Position numbers and translations under genes: made by a program. Below the pieces are notes generated by a model that searched no databases, had not been told where the DNA came from, and was given only the letters and a program-made list of their open reading frames with translations. A stretch of 64,000 nucleotides of DNA from Escherichia coli. GTDB lineage: Bacteria > Pseudomonadota > Gammaproteobacteria > Enterobacterales > Enterobacteriaceae. Positions 51,368 through 64,000 of this stretch are shown here, piece after piece. The stretch is taken from NCBI RefSeq assembly GCF_003334315.1, contig NZ_QOWR01000017.1; one strand, given 5' to 3'. Numbering within the stretch: position 1 is the stretch's first letter; each line of letters begins with the position of its first letter.

Positions 51368-54300
51368 TTAAGCGATCGCGTTCTCTTCCAGTTCACGCAT
51401 AAACTGGCGTACCCATTCGATACGCGTTTTCCGCTCACTCAAATCCTGAATAAATTTCAGGCGCGTCGGACCATCAAGGCGGTAATGCTGCGGCTGTTTT
51501 TGCAGCAAACCAATCAACCAGGCCGGATTAACGTGATTCTTCTCGGCAAATTCGATCACCCCGCCTTTCTCATTACCTTCCAGCTTCCTGATCCCCAGTT
51601 TCTGCGCTTGCTGGCGCAGACGGGCAATATCCAGCAGGGTACGCGCCGGATCTGGCAGCAGGCCGAAGCGATCGATAAGCTCGACTTTGATCTCTTCCAG
51701 TTCGTTTTCCGTTTTGGCGCTGGCAATACGTTTGTAGAACGACAGACGCGTGTTCACGTCAGGGATGAAATCATCTGGCAATAGCGACGGCATCCGCAGC
51801 TCGACTTCTGTTTGCTGGCTGGTGAGATCTTCCAGCGACGGCTCGCGTCCGGCTTTCAGTGCATCGACGGCGTTTTCCAGCAACTCCATATACAGCGAGA
51901 AACCGATGGTTTCCATTGAGCCGCTTTGTTCTTCGCCAAGCAGTTCACCCGCGCCGCGAATCTCCAGATCGTGCGTTGCCAGCGCAAAACCTGACCCGAG
52001 ATCTTCCAGCGAGGCAATTGCTTCAAGACGTTTTTGTGCATCGGTAGTCATCGCTTTTGGATGCGGTGTCAGCAACCATGCATATGCCTGATGATGCGAA
52101 CGTCCGACGCGACCGCGTAACTGGTGCAGCTGCGCCAGACCGAAGTGATCCGCGCGTTCAATGATAATAGTGTTGGCTGTCGGGATGTCGATCCCGGTTT
52201 CGATAATGGTTGTACAAACCAGCACGTTGAAACGTTGATGATGGAAATCATTCATCACCCGTTCCAGTTCGCGCTCGCGCATCTGCCCGTGACCGATGGC
52301 GATCCGCGCTTCTGGCACCAGTTCTGCCAGCCGTTCGGCGGCTTTCTGAATGTTTTCCACATCATTGTAGAGATAATAAACCTGTCCTCCGCGCAAAATT
52401 TCACGCAGGATCGCCTCCCGGACCACCATGCTGTCATACTCACGGACAAAGGTTTTAACTGCCAGACGACGGGCGGGCGGCGTGGCGATAATCGACAGGT
52501 CACGCATTCCGCTCATTGCCATATTCAGCGTACGTGGGATCGGCGTTGCAGTAAGCGTCAGAATATCCACGTTCGCGCGCGTCGCTTTAATGCGCTCTTT
52601 ATGACGCACCCCGAAGCGGTGTTCTTCATCGACAATCAGCAGGCCTAAATCTTTAAACTTGACGTCACTTTGCAGCAGTTTGTGCGTACCGATCAGAATA
52701 TCGATTTTCCCTTCCGCCACTTCCGCAAGGATTTGCGTCTGCTCTTTGGCGCTGCGGAAACGGGAGATCATTTCGATACGTACCGGCCAGTTGGCGAAAC
52801 GGTCGCGGAAGTTGTCGTAATGCTGCTGCGCGAGAAGGGTGGTAGGCACCAGCACCGCCACCTGCTTGTGGTTATCTACTGCCAGGAAAGCTGCGCGCAT
52901 CGCCACTTCTGTTTTACCAAAGCCAACATCGCCGCACACCAGACGATCCATTGCCAGCGGCTGACACATGTCGCTAAGTACCGCATTAATGGCCTGCGCC
53001 TGATCCGGCGTGGTTTCAAACGGGAAGCTGTCGCAGAACAACTGATACTGCTCACGATCGTGTTTAAACGCGAAGCCCTCTTTGGCGGCGCGTTGCGCGT
53101 AGATATCCAGCAATTCCGCCGCCACATCACGCACTTTTTCCGCCGCTTTCTGCCGCGCGCGTGACCACGCATCGCCGCCAAGTTTATGCAGCGGGGCGTT
53201 TTCTTCCGCGCCACCTGCGTAACGGCTAATCAGATGCAGTGACGACACCGGAACATACAGTTTGGCGTCGTTGGCATAGGTGAGCATCAGATACTCGCCA
53301 GTAATGCCACCCGCTTCCAGCGTGGTCATTCCGGCATAACGACCGACGCCGTGCTCCAGATGGACCACCGGCTGACCAATATGCAGTTCCGCAAGGTTAC
53401 GGATCAGTGTATCGGGGTTGATGGTGCGGCGAGAATCCTGACGACGACGGGCAACGCGTTCACCGAGCAGATCGCTTTCGCAAATCAGCGCCAGATTACG
53501 CACCGTATCGACAAAACCATGTTCGGCAGCGCCAATCATCAGATAACGCCCACGGTCGCTGGCTTCATCAAGACGCATAATGCGTTGCGGAGCAATTTTA
53601 ATTCGTGCGAGCAGTTCACCCAGCGCTTCACGGCGACCTTCACTTTCTACCGAGAACACCACCGGACCGTCGAAAGTCTCGAGGAACTTACGCAGCGCAT
53701 CCAGCGGCGCTTTTTGTTGTGCCTGAACGGCCAGGTCTGGCAGTTTCTGGAAACCTAAATTGGCATTCGCGGCTTTTGTCGGTAAATGTTCAGTTTTTAG
53801 CTGCACCCGGGGCCAGTTTTTCAGCTCTGAGAAGAGCTCGTCCACCCGCAGCCAGAGCGATTGTGGTGGCAACAGCGGGCGCATCGGATCGACGCCGCGA
53901 TTCTCAAAACGCGCCAGCGTGTCAGCCTGGAAACGTTCGGCACTGGTTTCCAGATCGCCAGTATTCACGAGCAAGGTATTGGCAGGGAAATAACTGAACA
54001 GCGGCGGCAGTGGTTCGCTGAAGAACAATGGCTGCCAGTACTCGATCCCGGCAGGTAATGTGCCTTTACTCACTTGCTGGTAAATATGTTCTGGATCGCG
54101 CTTCACTTCGAAGGTATCGCGCCACTGGCTGCGGAACAGTTCAATTGCCGCTTTATCGGTCGGAAATTCGTGCGCGGGCAGCAGATTGATCGCTTCTACT
54201 TCCTCCAGCGTGCGCTGGCTGTCGACGTCAAACACCCGCAGGCTGTCGATTTCATCATCAAAGAAATCAAGACGATAAGGCAGCTCACTCCCCATCGGGA

Positions 54301-54814
54301 AGAGATCCAGCAACGCGCCGCGCGTGGCGTATTCGCCGTGCTCCATCACCTGGTCAACATGGCGATAACCGGCGCTGTCCAGTTGGGTTCGTAATGCATC
54401 TCGTGACAGGCGCTGACCTTTTTTCATCACCAGCGCATGACCGTGGAGAAAACTGTGTGGGCAAACGCGCTGCATAAGCGTATTCACCGGAACAATCAGT
54501 ACGCCACGCTGCATCGTCGGTAGCTGGTAAAGGGTGGAAAGGCGCGAGGAGATAATGTCCTGATGAGGCGAAAAACTGTCGTAGGGAAGAGTTTCCCAGT
54601 CCGCCAGATTCATCACCATTTGATCGGTAAACTGGCTGATTTCATCATGCAAACGCAGAGCATTTTGCATATCTGGTGCAATGAGTACCACCGGACCGGC
54701 GTGACGTTCGGCAATTTCCGCTACCAGCGTTGCACAGGCTGCGCCGGTTAACTCGCCCAGCAGACGCTGCTCACCCGCTTTGACGGGCAGCGTATAACGA
54801 TATTGTTCAGGCAT
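51368..54814 (-). CDS. mfd: transcription-repair coupling factor
   Basis: ORF 51368..54877 trimmed to MPEQYRYTLPVKAGEQR (1148 aa); helicase Walker A GFGKTEVA and DEEH box. Confidence 0.93.
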   Translation of the reverse strand: MPEQYRYTLPVKAGEQRLLGELTGAACATLVAEIAERHAGPVVLIAPDMQNALRLHDEISQFTDQMVMNLADWETLPYDSFSPHQDIISSRLSTLYQLPTMQRGVLIVPVNTLMQRVCPHSFLHGHALVMKKGQRLSRDALRTQLDSAGYRHVDQVMEHGEYATRGALLDLFPMGSELPYRLDFFDDEIDSLRVFDVDSQRTLEEVEAINLLPAHEFPTDKAAIELFRSQWRDTFEVKRDPEHIYQQVSKGTLPAGIEYWQPLFFSEPLPPLFSYFPANTLLVNTGDLETSAERFQADTLARFENRGVDPMRPLLPPQSLWLRVDELFSELKNWPRVQLKTEHLPTKAANANLGFQKLPDLAVQAQQKAPLDALRKFLETFDGPVVFSVESEGRREALGELLARIKIAPQRIMRLDEASDRGRYLMIGAAEHGFVDTVRNLALICESDLLGERVARRRQDSRRTINPDTLIRNLAELHIGQPVVHLEHGVGRYAGMTTLEAGGITGEYLMLTYANDAKLYVPVSSLHLISRYAGGAEENAPLHKLGGDAWSRARQKAAEKVRDVAAELLDIYAQRAAKEGFAFKHDREQYQLFCDSFPFETTPDQAQAINAVLSDMCQPLAMDRLVCGDVGFGKTEVAMRAAFLAVDNHKQVAVLVPTTLLAQQHYDNFRDRFANWPVRIEMISRFRSAKEQTQILAEVAEGKIDILIGTHKLLQSDVKFKDLGLLIVDEEHRFGVRHKERIKATRANVDILTLTATPIPRTLNMAMSGMRDLSIIATPPARRLAVKTFVREYDSMVVREAILREILRGGQVYYLYNDVENIQKAAERLAELVPEARIAIGHGQMRERELERVMNDFHHQRFNVLVCTTIIETGIDIPTANTIIIERADHFGLAQLHQLRGRVGRSHHQAYAWLLTPHPKAMTTDAQKRLEAIASLEDLGSGFALATHDLEIRGAGELLGEEQSGSMETIGFSLYMELLENAVDALKAGREPSLEDLTSQQTEVELRMPSLLPDDFIPDVNTRLSFYKRIASAKTENELEEIKVELIDRFGLLPDPARTLLDIARLRQQAQKLGIRKLEGNEKGGVIEFAEKNHVNPAWLIGLLQKQPQHYRLDGPTRLKFIQDLSERKTRIEWVRQFMRELEENAIA

Positions 54815-54941
54815 AACGGTTGTCAGATTCTCGTTAGGATATGCCTCAACATATGGGGGCATATCTCTGATAAGCAATGCTGTTCATTATCCGTAATCGA
54901 CATGGTTTAGCAAATTGAATCGCCCCGGCTGGGGCGATGGC

Positions 54942-56006
54942 TTAGCGGGAGTAACTGACGGCAGCGGGCAGTGAAGGCGGGGAGAACAACAGATCGCTGA
55001 ATGCACGCTGTGAAAGTTTTCTTACCAGCAAGCCCGCAACAGTACAGATGAACAAACTGACAAAGGGATAAACCAGCAGGAGTGTCAGTTCGACTTGCGG
55101 CGACCAGCGTGCTGCGTTCATTTGCGCAAGCAGAGTTAAGCTGAATATTTCAACCAGAATGCGATGGGTGGTGTAGATAGCAATGGTGTTGGAGCCAATC
55201 ACATTCAGCAGGCTGGTGGAGCGCATACCGAATCGTTGCTCGTATTGATAAAACAGCTTCATGATCACCACAATCGATACCAGCGACAACAGCAGCGAGA
55301 TAGTAAACAACCAGGCACCGACCGCCAGAACGGTAAGCAAAGAAGCCATCAGCAGATGGCGGCGCAACGGCACCTCTTTAACACAGGTCATTATTGTTGC
55401 GCCAAACCATGCGCCAAGGCTGTAATAAGGCAAATTGCGGATCACACTGTTCATTCCCCACCACGGCGTGGGAACGAAATTAACCGCCACACTCAGCAGT
55501 ACAAACAAGGCGAATAGTGGCAGCGCCAGACGGCTAAAAATTTTACATACCACGAAATAGACAATTAACGCATACAGATACCACAAGCTGGTGCTGGCGG
55601 TGATCATCCCGTGCAGGAACTCACCGGTGGAATCGGCATAAGCGGCATTGCTTAAATCGCGCTCAGGTGCCAGCCACTGGTTCAGCGCACTTAACGCCAG
55701 CCACTGCACCACGCCCCAAAGCGCCAGCACCCAGAAGATGTTCCAGATCCGTTTATCGAGACAATTTCCCCACGGTACGCTGTCGATATAGCGGCGAATC
55801 AAATAGCCGGATATAAAGAAAAAAACCGGCATACGAAAGGGGGCAAGGTAAAGATTGAAATAGATCCAGCATTTGCTCAGGACTTCCGATAACGGATGCT
55901 GAAAAGTGGTCAGATGCGGATAAAAGGTAATGACCGAGTGATAAATCACCACCAGACAAATACATAACCCTTTGATCTGGTTAATCCATAGCTCTTTTTG
56001 TTTCAT
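54942..56006 (-). CDS. ycfT: inner-membrane acyltransferase-family protein YcfT
   Basis: 354-aa multi-TM ORF. Confidence 0.82.
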   Translation of the reverse strand: MKQKELWINQIKGLCICLVVIYHSVITFYPHLTTFQHPLSEVLSKCWIYFNLYLAPFRMPVFFFISGYLIRRYIDSVPWGNCLDKRIWNIFWVLALWGVVQWLALSALNQWLAPERDLSNAAYADSTGEFLHGMITASTSLWYLYALIVYFVVCKIFSRLALPLFALFVLLSVAVNFVPTPWWGMNSVIRNLPYYSLGAWFGATIMTCVKEVPLRRHLLMASLLTVLAVGAWLFTISLLLSLVSIVVIMKLFYQYEQRFGMRSTSLLNVIGSNTIAIYTTHRILVEIFSLTLLAQMNAARWSPQVELTLLLVYPFVSLFICTVAGLLVRKLSQRAFSDLLFSPPSLPAAVSYSR

Positions 56007-56156
56007 CAGGACAACACGCTCTTTTTTAATTTACATGCGGTTGATCCTGCGGGTTATGACCCGAGGTGTAATGGGTATCTGTCTGTATTGGATGATTTTT
56101 CAGATTAAGATCAGGCGGCAAGATTGATGATAAAACATGGCAATTTAGCCGATTGA

Positions 56157-59405
<3,249 letters not shown>

Positions 59406-59433
59406 AGGCAGTACATTAAAACAAGGAGCGGCA

Positions 59434-60345
59434 ATGTATTACGGGTTTGATATTGGTGGAACAAAAATTGCGCTTGGCGTGTTTGATAGCGGTCGGCAGT
59501 TGCAGTGGGAAAAGCGGGTGCCGACACCGCGTGACAGCTATGACGCATTTTTAGATGCAGTGTGTGAGCTGGTAGCTGAAGCTGACCAACGTTTTGGCTG
59601 TAAAGGTTCTGTCGGCATCGGTATTCCGGGAATGCCGGAAACAGAAGATGGTACGCTGTATGCCGCCAATGTCCCCGCTGCCAGCGGTAAACCGCTGCGT
59701 GCCGACCTGAGCGCACGTCTTGATCGCGATGTACGCCTTGATAACGATGCCAACTGTTTTGCCCTTTCAGAAGCCTGGGATGATGAATTTACTCAATATC
59801 CACTGGTGATGGGGTTGATTCTCGGCACCGGTGTTGGCGGCGGGCTGATTTTCAACGGCAAACCGATTACCGGTAAAAGCTACATTACCGGCGAGTTTGG
59901 CCATATGCGTCTGCCGGTTGATGCGTTAACCATGATGGGGTTGGATTTCCCGTTACGCCGCTGCGGCTGTGGTCAGCATGGCTGCATTGAAAATTATCTG
60001 TCTGGTCGCGGTTTTGCGTGGCTGTATCAACACTATTATCATCAACCGTTGCAGGCTCCCGAAATTATTGCGCTTTATGATCAAGGCGATGAGCAGGCAA
60101 GGGCGCACGTTGAGCGTTATCTGGATTTATTAGCGGTTTGTCTGGGAAATATCCTGACCATCGTTGACCCTGACCTGGTCGTCATTGGTGGTGGCTTATC
60201 GAATTTCCCGGCAATCACAGCGCAACTGGCGGACAGGCTGCCTCGTCATCTCTTACCTGTAGCTCGTGTTCCGCGCATTGAACGCGCGCGCCACGGTGAT
60301 GCGGGAGGAATGCGTGGTGCGGCCTTCCTACATCTAACCGATTAA
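59434..60345 (+). CDS. nagK: N-acetyl-D-glucosamine kinase
   Basis: ORF 59374..60345 trimmed to [15 protein letters not shown] (303 aa), ROK-family motif. Confidence 0.9.
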   Translation: MYYGFDIGGTKIALGVFDSGRQLQWEKRVPTPRDSYDAFLDAVCELVAEADQRFGCKGSVGIGIPGMPETEDGTLYAANVPAASGKPLRADLSARLDRDVRLDNDANCFALSEAWDDEFTQYPLVMGLILGTGVGGGLIFNGKPITGKSYITGEFGHMRLPVDALTMMGLDFPLRRCGCGQHGCIENYLSGRGFAWLYQHYYHQPLQAPEIIALYDQGDEQARAHVERYLDLLAVCLGNILTIVDPDLVVIGGGLSNFPAITAQLADRLPRHLLPVARVPRIERARHGDAGGMRGAAFLHLTD

Positions 60346-60360
60346 ACAACAGAGGTTGCT

Positions 60361-61200
60361 ATGCTGTCGCGTCGGGGTCATCGGTTAAGTCGTTTTCGTA
60401 AAAATAAACGCCGCCTGCGCGAGCGTTTGCGTCAGCGTATTTTTTTCAGAGATAAAGTGGTGCCGGAAGCAATGGAAAAACCAAGAGTACTCGTACTGAC
60501 AGGGGCAGGAATTTCTGCGGAATCAGGTATTCGTACCTTTCGCGCCGCAGATGGCCTGTGGGAAGAACATCGGGTTGAAGATGTGGCAACGCCGGAAGGT
60601 TTCGATCGCGATCCTGAACTGGTGCAAGCGTTTTATAACGCCCGTCGTCGACAGCTGCAGCAGCCAGAAATTCAGCCTAACGCCGCGCATCTTGCGCTGG
60701 CTAAACTGCAAGACGCCCTCGGCGATCGCTTTTTGCTGGTGACGCAGAATATCGACAACCTGCATGAACGCGCAGGTAATACCAATGTGATTCATATGCA
60801 TGGGGAACTGCTGAAAGTTCGTTGTTCACAAAGTGGTCAGGTTCTCGACTGGACAGGAGACGTTACCCCAGAAGATAAATGCCATTGTTGCCAGTTTCCG
60901 GCACCCTTGCGCCCGCACGTAGTGTGGTTTGGCGAAATGCCACTCGGCATGGATGAAATTTATATGGCGTTGTCGATGGCCGATATTTTCATTGCCATTG
61001 GCACATCCGGGCATGTTTATCCGGCGGCTGGGTTTGTTCACGAAGCGAAACTGCATGGCGCGCACACCGTGGAACTGAATCTTGAACCGAGTCAGGTTGG
61101 TAATGAATTTGCCGAGAAATATTACGGCCCGGCAAGCCAGGTGGTGCCTGAGTTTGTTGAAAAGTTGCTGAAGGGATTAAAAGCGGGAAGCATTGCCTGA
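60361..61200 (+). CDS. cobB: NAD-dependent protein deacylase (sirtuin) CobB
   Basis: 279-aa ORF with [10 protein letters not shown] Rossmann motif and Zn-binding cysteines; in-frame internal ATG at 60472 would give a shorter form. Confidence 0.92.
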   Translation: MLSRRGHRLSRFRKNKRRLRERLRQRIFFRDKVVPEAMEKPRVLVLTGAGISAESGIRTFRAADGLWEEHRVEDVATPEGFDRDPELVQAFYNARRRQLQQPEIQPNAAHLALAKLQDALGDRFLLVTQNIDNLHERAGNTNVIHMHGELLKVRCSQSGQVLDWTGDVTPEDKCHCCQFPAPLRPHVVWFGEMPLGMDEIYMALSMADIFIAIGTSGHVYPAAGFVHEAKLHGAHTVELNLEPSQVGNEFAEKYYGPASQVVPEFVEKLLKGLKAGSIA

Positions 61201-61260
61201 TGCACTACGCTTATCAGGCCTGCAAGGGGACGCAATTAATTGAATTTGCGGGTTTTGTGG

Positions 61261-61290
61261 GCCGGATAAGGCGTTCGCGCCCCATCCGGC
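61261..61290. repeat. REP element (cobB-ycfZ spacer)
   Basis: Palindrome gccggataaggcgttcgcgccccatccggc. Confidence 0.7.
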
Positions 61291-61319
61291 ATAATACACG
61301 CGCACTTTTCCGGCCTCTT

Positions 61320-62107
61320 TTATCGTTTACTCGTCAATAACAATGCGGCAATAAACGTACAGACACCAATTAGCCCTGCCCAGAGTGGCGATATTCTGGT
61401 AATCGCAAAGCTATTATCGATATACAAACATAAAGCCTGATAACCCATATTGGCAATAGTCATCGCCACTGCAAATTTTAACGCATAAATAAAACGAGTC
61501 GTGTAGTAAAAGATCCTGGAAAATAAGATAAACGTCGCAGCCCAGGCGATAAAACCTAATGTGTTGGTGCTGCCGGGGGGAGCATTTTCATGCTGTTGTC
61601 CTGGATGCGGATAATACGTTAGTGGCGGCGTCGATTGTTTTAATATCTGTGCTTGTAGAACAGCCAATGCATTATTGATTCCCTGATACCAGAGATCTGC
61701 ATTTAAATAAGCCAGCGTGTGATTTTCTATCAGAAGGCCGAGATGTTTATCGTCCAGACCACTTTCAACCTGGCCGTTGGTGATCATAATTAACCGTGGT
61801 TCGCGGGTAGTAAATAGTAACAGAACACTTCCTTTTACATCACTCAATGAAGATGACGCATGCGCCAGCATCGCTTTACCATTTTGTCTGAGACTGGCTT
61901 CATTATTAATGTCGGGTAAAACCACAATAAACGGTGCAATTCCCGTTTGTTGGCGAAAAAGCTCGGCTTATGCGCGATCTCTTCAGCATCTGGTACAGTA
62001 CCGGTAACGTCCGTAAAAAGTGTCTTCATTATTGGAATTAATGGCTTGCTGGCTGCTGTCAGAGGCAGGAGTATCAGTAAACTGAGCAGTATAATGAATT
62101 TTTTCAT
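61320..62107 (-). pseudogene. ycfZ: inner membrane protein YcfZ, apparently frameshifted
   Basis: One gene split into ORF 61844..62107 (87 aa) and ORF 61320..61925 (201 aa) in adjacent frames; junction at 61962-61970 in a 2-nt homopolymer; restoring one base gives a continuous 262-aa protein. Confidence 0.7.
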
Positions 62108-62565
62108 GGGCGGGACTTCCGTTTCCTGCGTGATTTTTTAGAGGAGGGCATACTTATTAATAAACCGACGGCGATAAAAATAACGCCCATAATGCCGATA
62201 AACCCCCATTTAAAAAAATTAACCCACGGGTTATTTATCTCAGCCTTTTCAGGATGCCCGGGAGAATAATAAACATTAACTTTATCGCCTTCGCTGTCTT
62301 CATAAAAATCGCTGCCGATACTCGAATTGAAAATTAGCGTGTAATCTGGCGTCGGTCGAAAGGCAACGACGGGATACCACGAACCATCTTTACCCGTGCG
62401 ATGAGAATGACTGGAGTGCCAGACGGTATCAACAATGACGCCTTCGGTATGAATCGCGTCTTTGCTATAGGTGAACTGGTTATAAAAGACAACAACAGAA
62501 ATGAGGATCAGTACCAGACCGATACCGAGGAATATACGAAAGAAAACTTTACTGTCCTGACTCAT
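62104..62565 (-). CDS. ymfA: inner membrane protein YmfA (DUF3592)
   Basis: ORF 62104..62574 trimmed to [12 protein letters not shown] (153 aa); stop overlaps the ycfZ start. Confidence 0.82.
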
Positions 62566-62584
62566 TAGCCACATCCTTGCTAAC

Positions 62585-62613
62585 TAAAAAACGGGCGGTA
62601 ATACCACCGCCCG
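62585..62613 (-). terminator. rho-independent terminator downstream of potD
   Basis: Stem cgggcggt/accgcccg followed on minus strand by TTTTTT. Confidence 0.65.
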
Positions 62614-62622
62614 CTTGCTGAA

Positions 62623-63669
62623 TTAACGTCCTGCTTTCAGCTTCTGATAATACTCTTCATAAATGCTGCTGGCTGCGCCAACGTCATTCTGCCATTCGCC
62701 ATTTTTAATGGTTTCAGCATCCGGGTAGAGCGTTTTATCGTTCGCCACTTCCGGGCTTAACAGCTTACGCGCCGCAAGGTTTGGCGTTGGATAACCGATA
62801 GTTTCGGCAACCTGTTTTGCCACATCCGGGCGCAGCAGGAAGTTGATCAATTTCAGCGCGCCTTCTTTGTTTTTGGCATTTGCCGGGATCGCCAGGCTGT
62901 CCATCCAGAAAATGCCGCCTTCTTTCGGCCATACCACGTCAATTGGCGTACCCGCCTGGCGTGCAACGAAAGCAGAACCGTTCCAGATCATGCCGAGGTT
63001 AACTTCGCCTTCCATGTACGGGTTAGCCGGGTTATCGGAGTTAAAGGCTGCCACGTTTGGCATCAGTTTTTTCAGCTCGTTATATGCAGCTTCAATCTCT
63101 TTCGGATCGGTGGTGTTACCGGAGTAGCCCAGCTTACGCAGCGCCATCTGGAACACTTCACGGGCATCGTCGGTCAACAGCAGGCTGCCTTTGTACTCAG
63201 GCTTCCACAGATCGGCCCAGCTGGTGACAGATTTCGGATCCACCGCATCACCGTTAACACCAATCGCCGTCGCACCCCAGATATACGGAATGGAGTAATC
63301 GTTATTCGGGTCAAACGGCTTATTGAGCATGTCTGGATCGAGATTGCTGAAGTTCGTTAACTTCGACTTGTCGATCTTCTGGATCATCCCTTCTTTACGC
63401 ATTTTATCGACGTAATAGGTTGAAGGAACCACCAGGTCATAGGCACCGTCTTTGTACGTTTTCAGCTTGGCATACATGGTTTCGTTCGACTCGTAAGTCG
63501 AATAGATAACCTTAATACCGGTTTCTTTGGTGAACTGTTCAAGCAGTCCTGGCGGCACGTACTCGGTCCAGTTGTAGAAATACAGCGTGTTGTTGTCATC
63601 GGCGTGAGCGGCGCTCATGCCCAGTGCCAGAGCACCCGCCGCGAGCAGGTGGCGTGACCATTTTTTCAT
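62623..63669 (-). CDS. potD: spermidine/putrescine periplasmic binding protein
   Basis: 348-aa ORF with signal peptide. Confidence 0.95.
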   Translation of the reverse strand: MKKWSRHLLAAGALALGMSAAHADDNNTLYFYNWTEYVPPGLLEQFTKETGIKVIYSTYESNETMYAKLKTYKDGAYDLVVPSTYYVDKMRKEGMIQKIDKSKLTNFSNLDPDMLNKPFDPNNDYSIPYIWGATAIGVNGDAVDPKSVTSWADLWKPEYKGSLLLTDDAREVFQMALRKLGYSGNTTDPKEIEAAYNELKKLMPNVAAFNSDNPANPYMEGEVNLGMIWNGSAFVARQAGTPIDVVWPKEGGIFWMDSLAIPANAKNKEGALKLINFLLRPDVAKQVAETIGYPTPNLAARKLLSPEVANDKTLYPDAETIKNGEWQNDVGAASSIYEEYYQKLKAGR

Positions 63670-64000
63670 TTAACGTCCCCTGTGTTACCTTTCGTTTTAT
63701 CACGAGCAATAAGCTGGCTGGCAATAACCATCACCAGCGACAGCACCAGTAATATGGTTGCCAGCGCGTTAACTTCCGGCGATACGCCGACTTTGACCAT
63801 CGAATAAATTTTTAACGGCAGAATTTCATAACTTGGTCCGGTGACGAACGAAGAAACTACCACATCGTCCATCGACAGGGTAAAGCTTAACACCCAGCCC
63901 GCCGCCACCGCTGGCATTGCCAGTGGCAGAATGATTTTTCGCAGAATGGTAAATTCGCTGGCACCGAGATCTTTCGCCGCTTCCAGCATCCGCACGTCAA
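63666..64000 (-). CDS. potC: spermidine/putrescine ABC permease PotC (3' part; gene runs past the window edge)
   Basis: C-terminal part of a membrane-permease ORF; stop overlaps the potD start (ATGA). Confidence 0.85.
   Translation of the reverse strand, partial: DVRMLEAAKDLGASEFTILRKIILPLAMPAVAAGWVLSFTLSMDDVVVSSFVTGPSYEILPLKIYSMVKVGVSPEVNALATILLVLSLVMVIASQLIARDKTKGNTGDVK

Noticed and set aside
52124-53997. Multiple plus-strand ORFs of 130-174 aa (52124..52648, 52670..53164, 53351..53758, 53605..53997)
   Set aside because: All antisense within mfd; no start context, and explained by the long mfd reading frame on the other strand.
54942-56006. Possible truncation of ycfT (354 aa here versus a slightly longer length I vaguely recalled)
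   Set aside because: The ORF already begins at the most upstream in-frame start after a stop; my recollection of the reference length is not reliable enough to call an indel.

Overview
This window reads as ordinary, well-characterised Escherichia coli K-12-type core chromosome, and I could not find an undescribed system in it. Gene identities are from my recognition of the translated ORFs and their conserved order; no database search was run. Content, in order: yceO-solA-bssS-dinI-pyrC-yceB-grxB-mdtH (minus strand); rimJ-yceH-yceM-murJ (plus); flagellar region I (flgNMA minus, flgBCDEFGHIJ and flgKL plus); rne (minus); rluC; yceF; the yceD-rpmF-plsX-fabHDG-acpP-fabF cluster; pabC-mltG-tmk-holB-ycfH; ptsG; fhuE (minus); hinT-ycfL-lpoB-thiK-nagZ-ycfP; ndh; ycfJ; comR; bhsA; ldtC; mfd; ycfT; lolCDE-nagK-cobB; then ycfZ-ymfA-potD-potC (minus, potC truncated by the window edge). 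Every ORF of roughly 100 aa or more that is not antisense to a recognised gene is accounted for. There are no integrases, transposases, phage genes, CRISPR arrays, tRNA or rRNA genes; the only repeats are REP/BIME-type palindromes in intergenic spacers. The one real anomaly is ycfZ, which is split into two overlapping ORFs by an apparent 1-bp deletion in a short homopolymer (pseudogene or sequencing error). Other points worth a second look are minor: a perfect CRP-type palindrome upstream of bhsA, the yceO start codon sitting inside the solA terminator hairpin, the flgL 3' UTR, and non-ATG start codons on several genes. ORF coordinates include the stop codon; several starts were trimmed from the six-frame track to the start I recognise.
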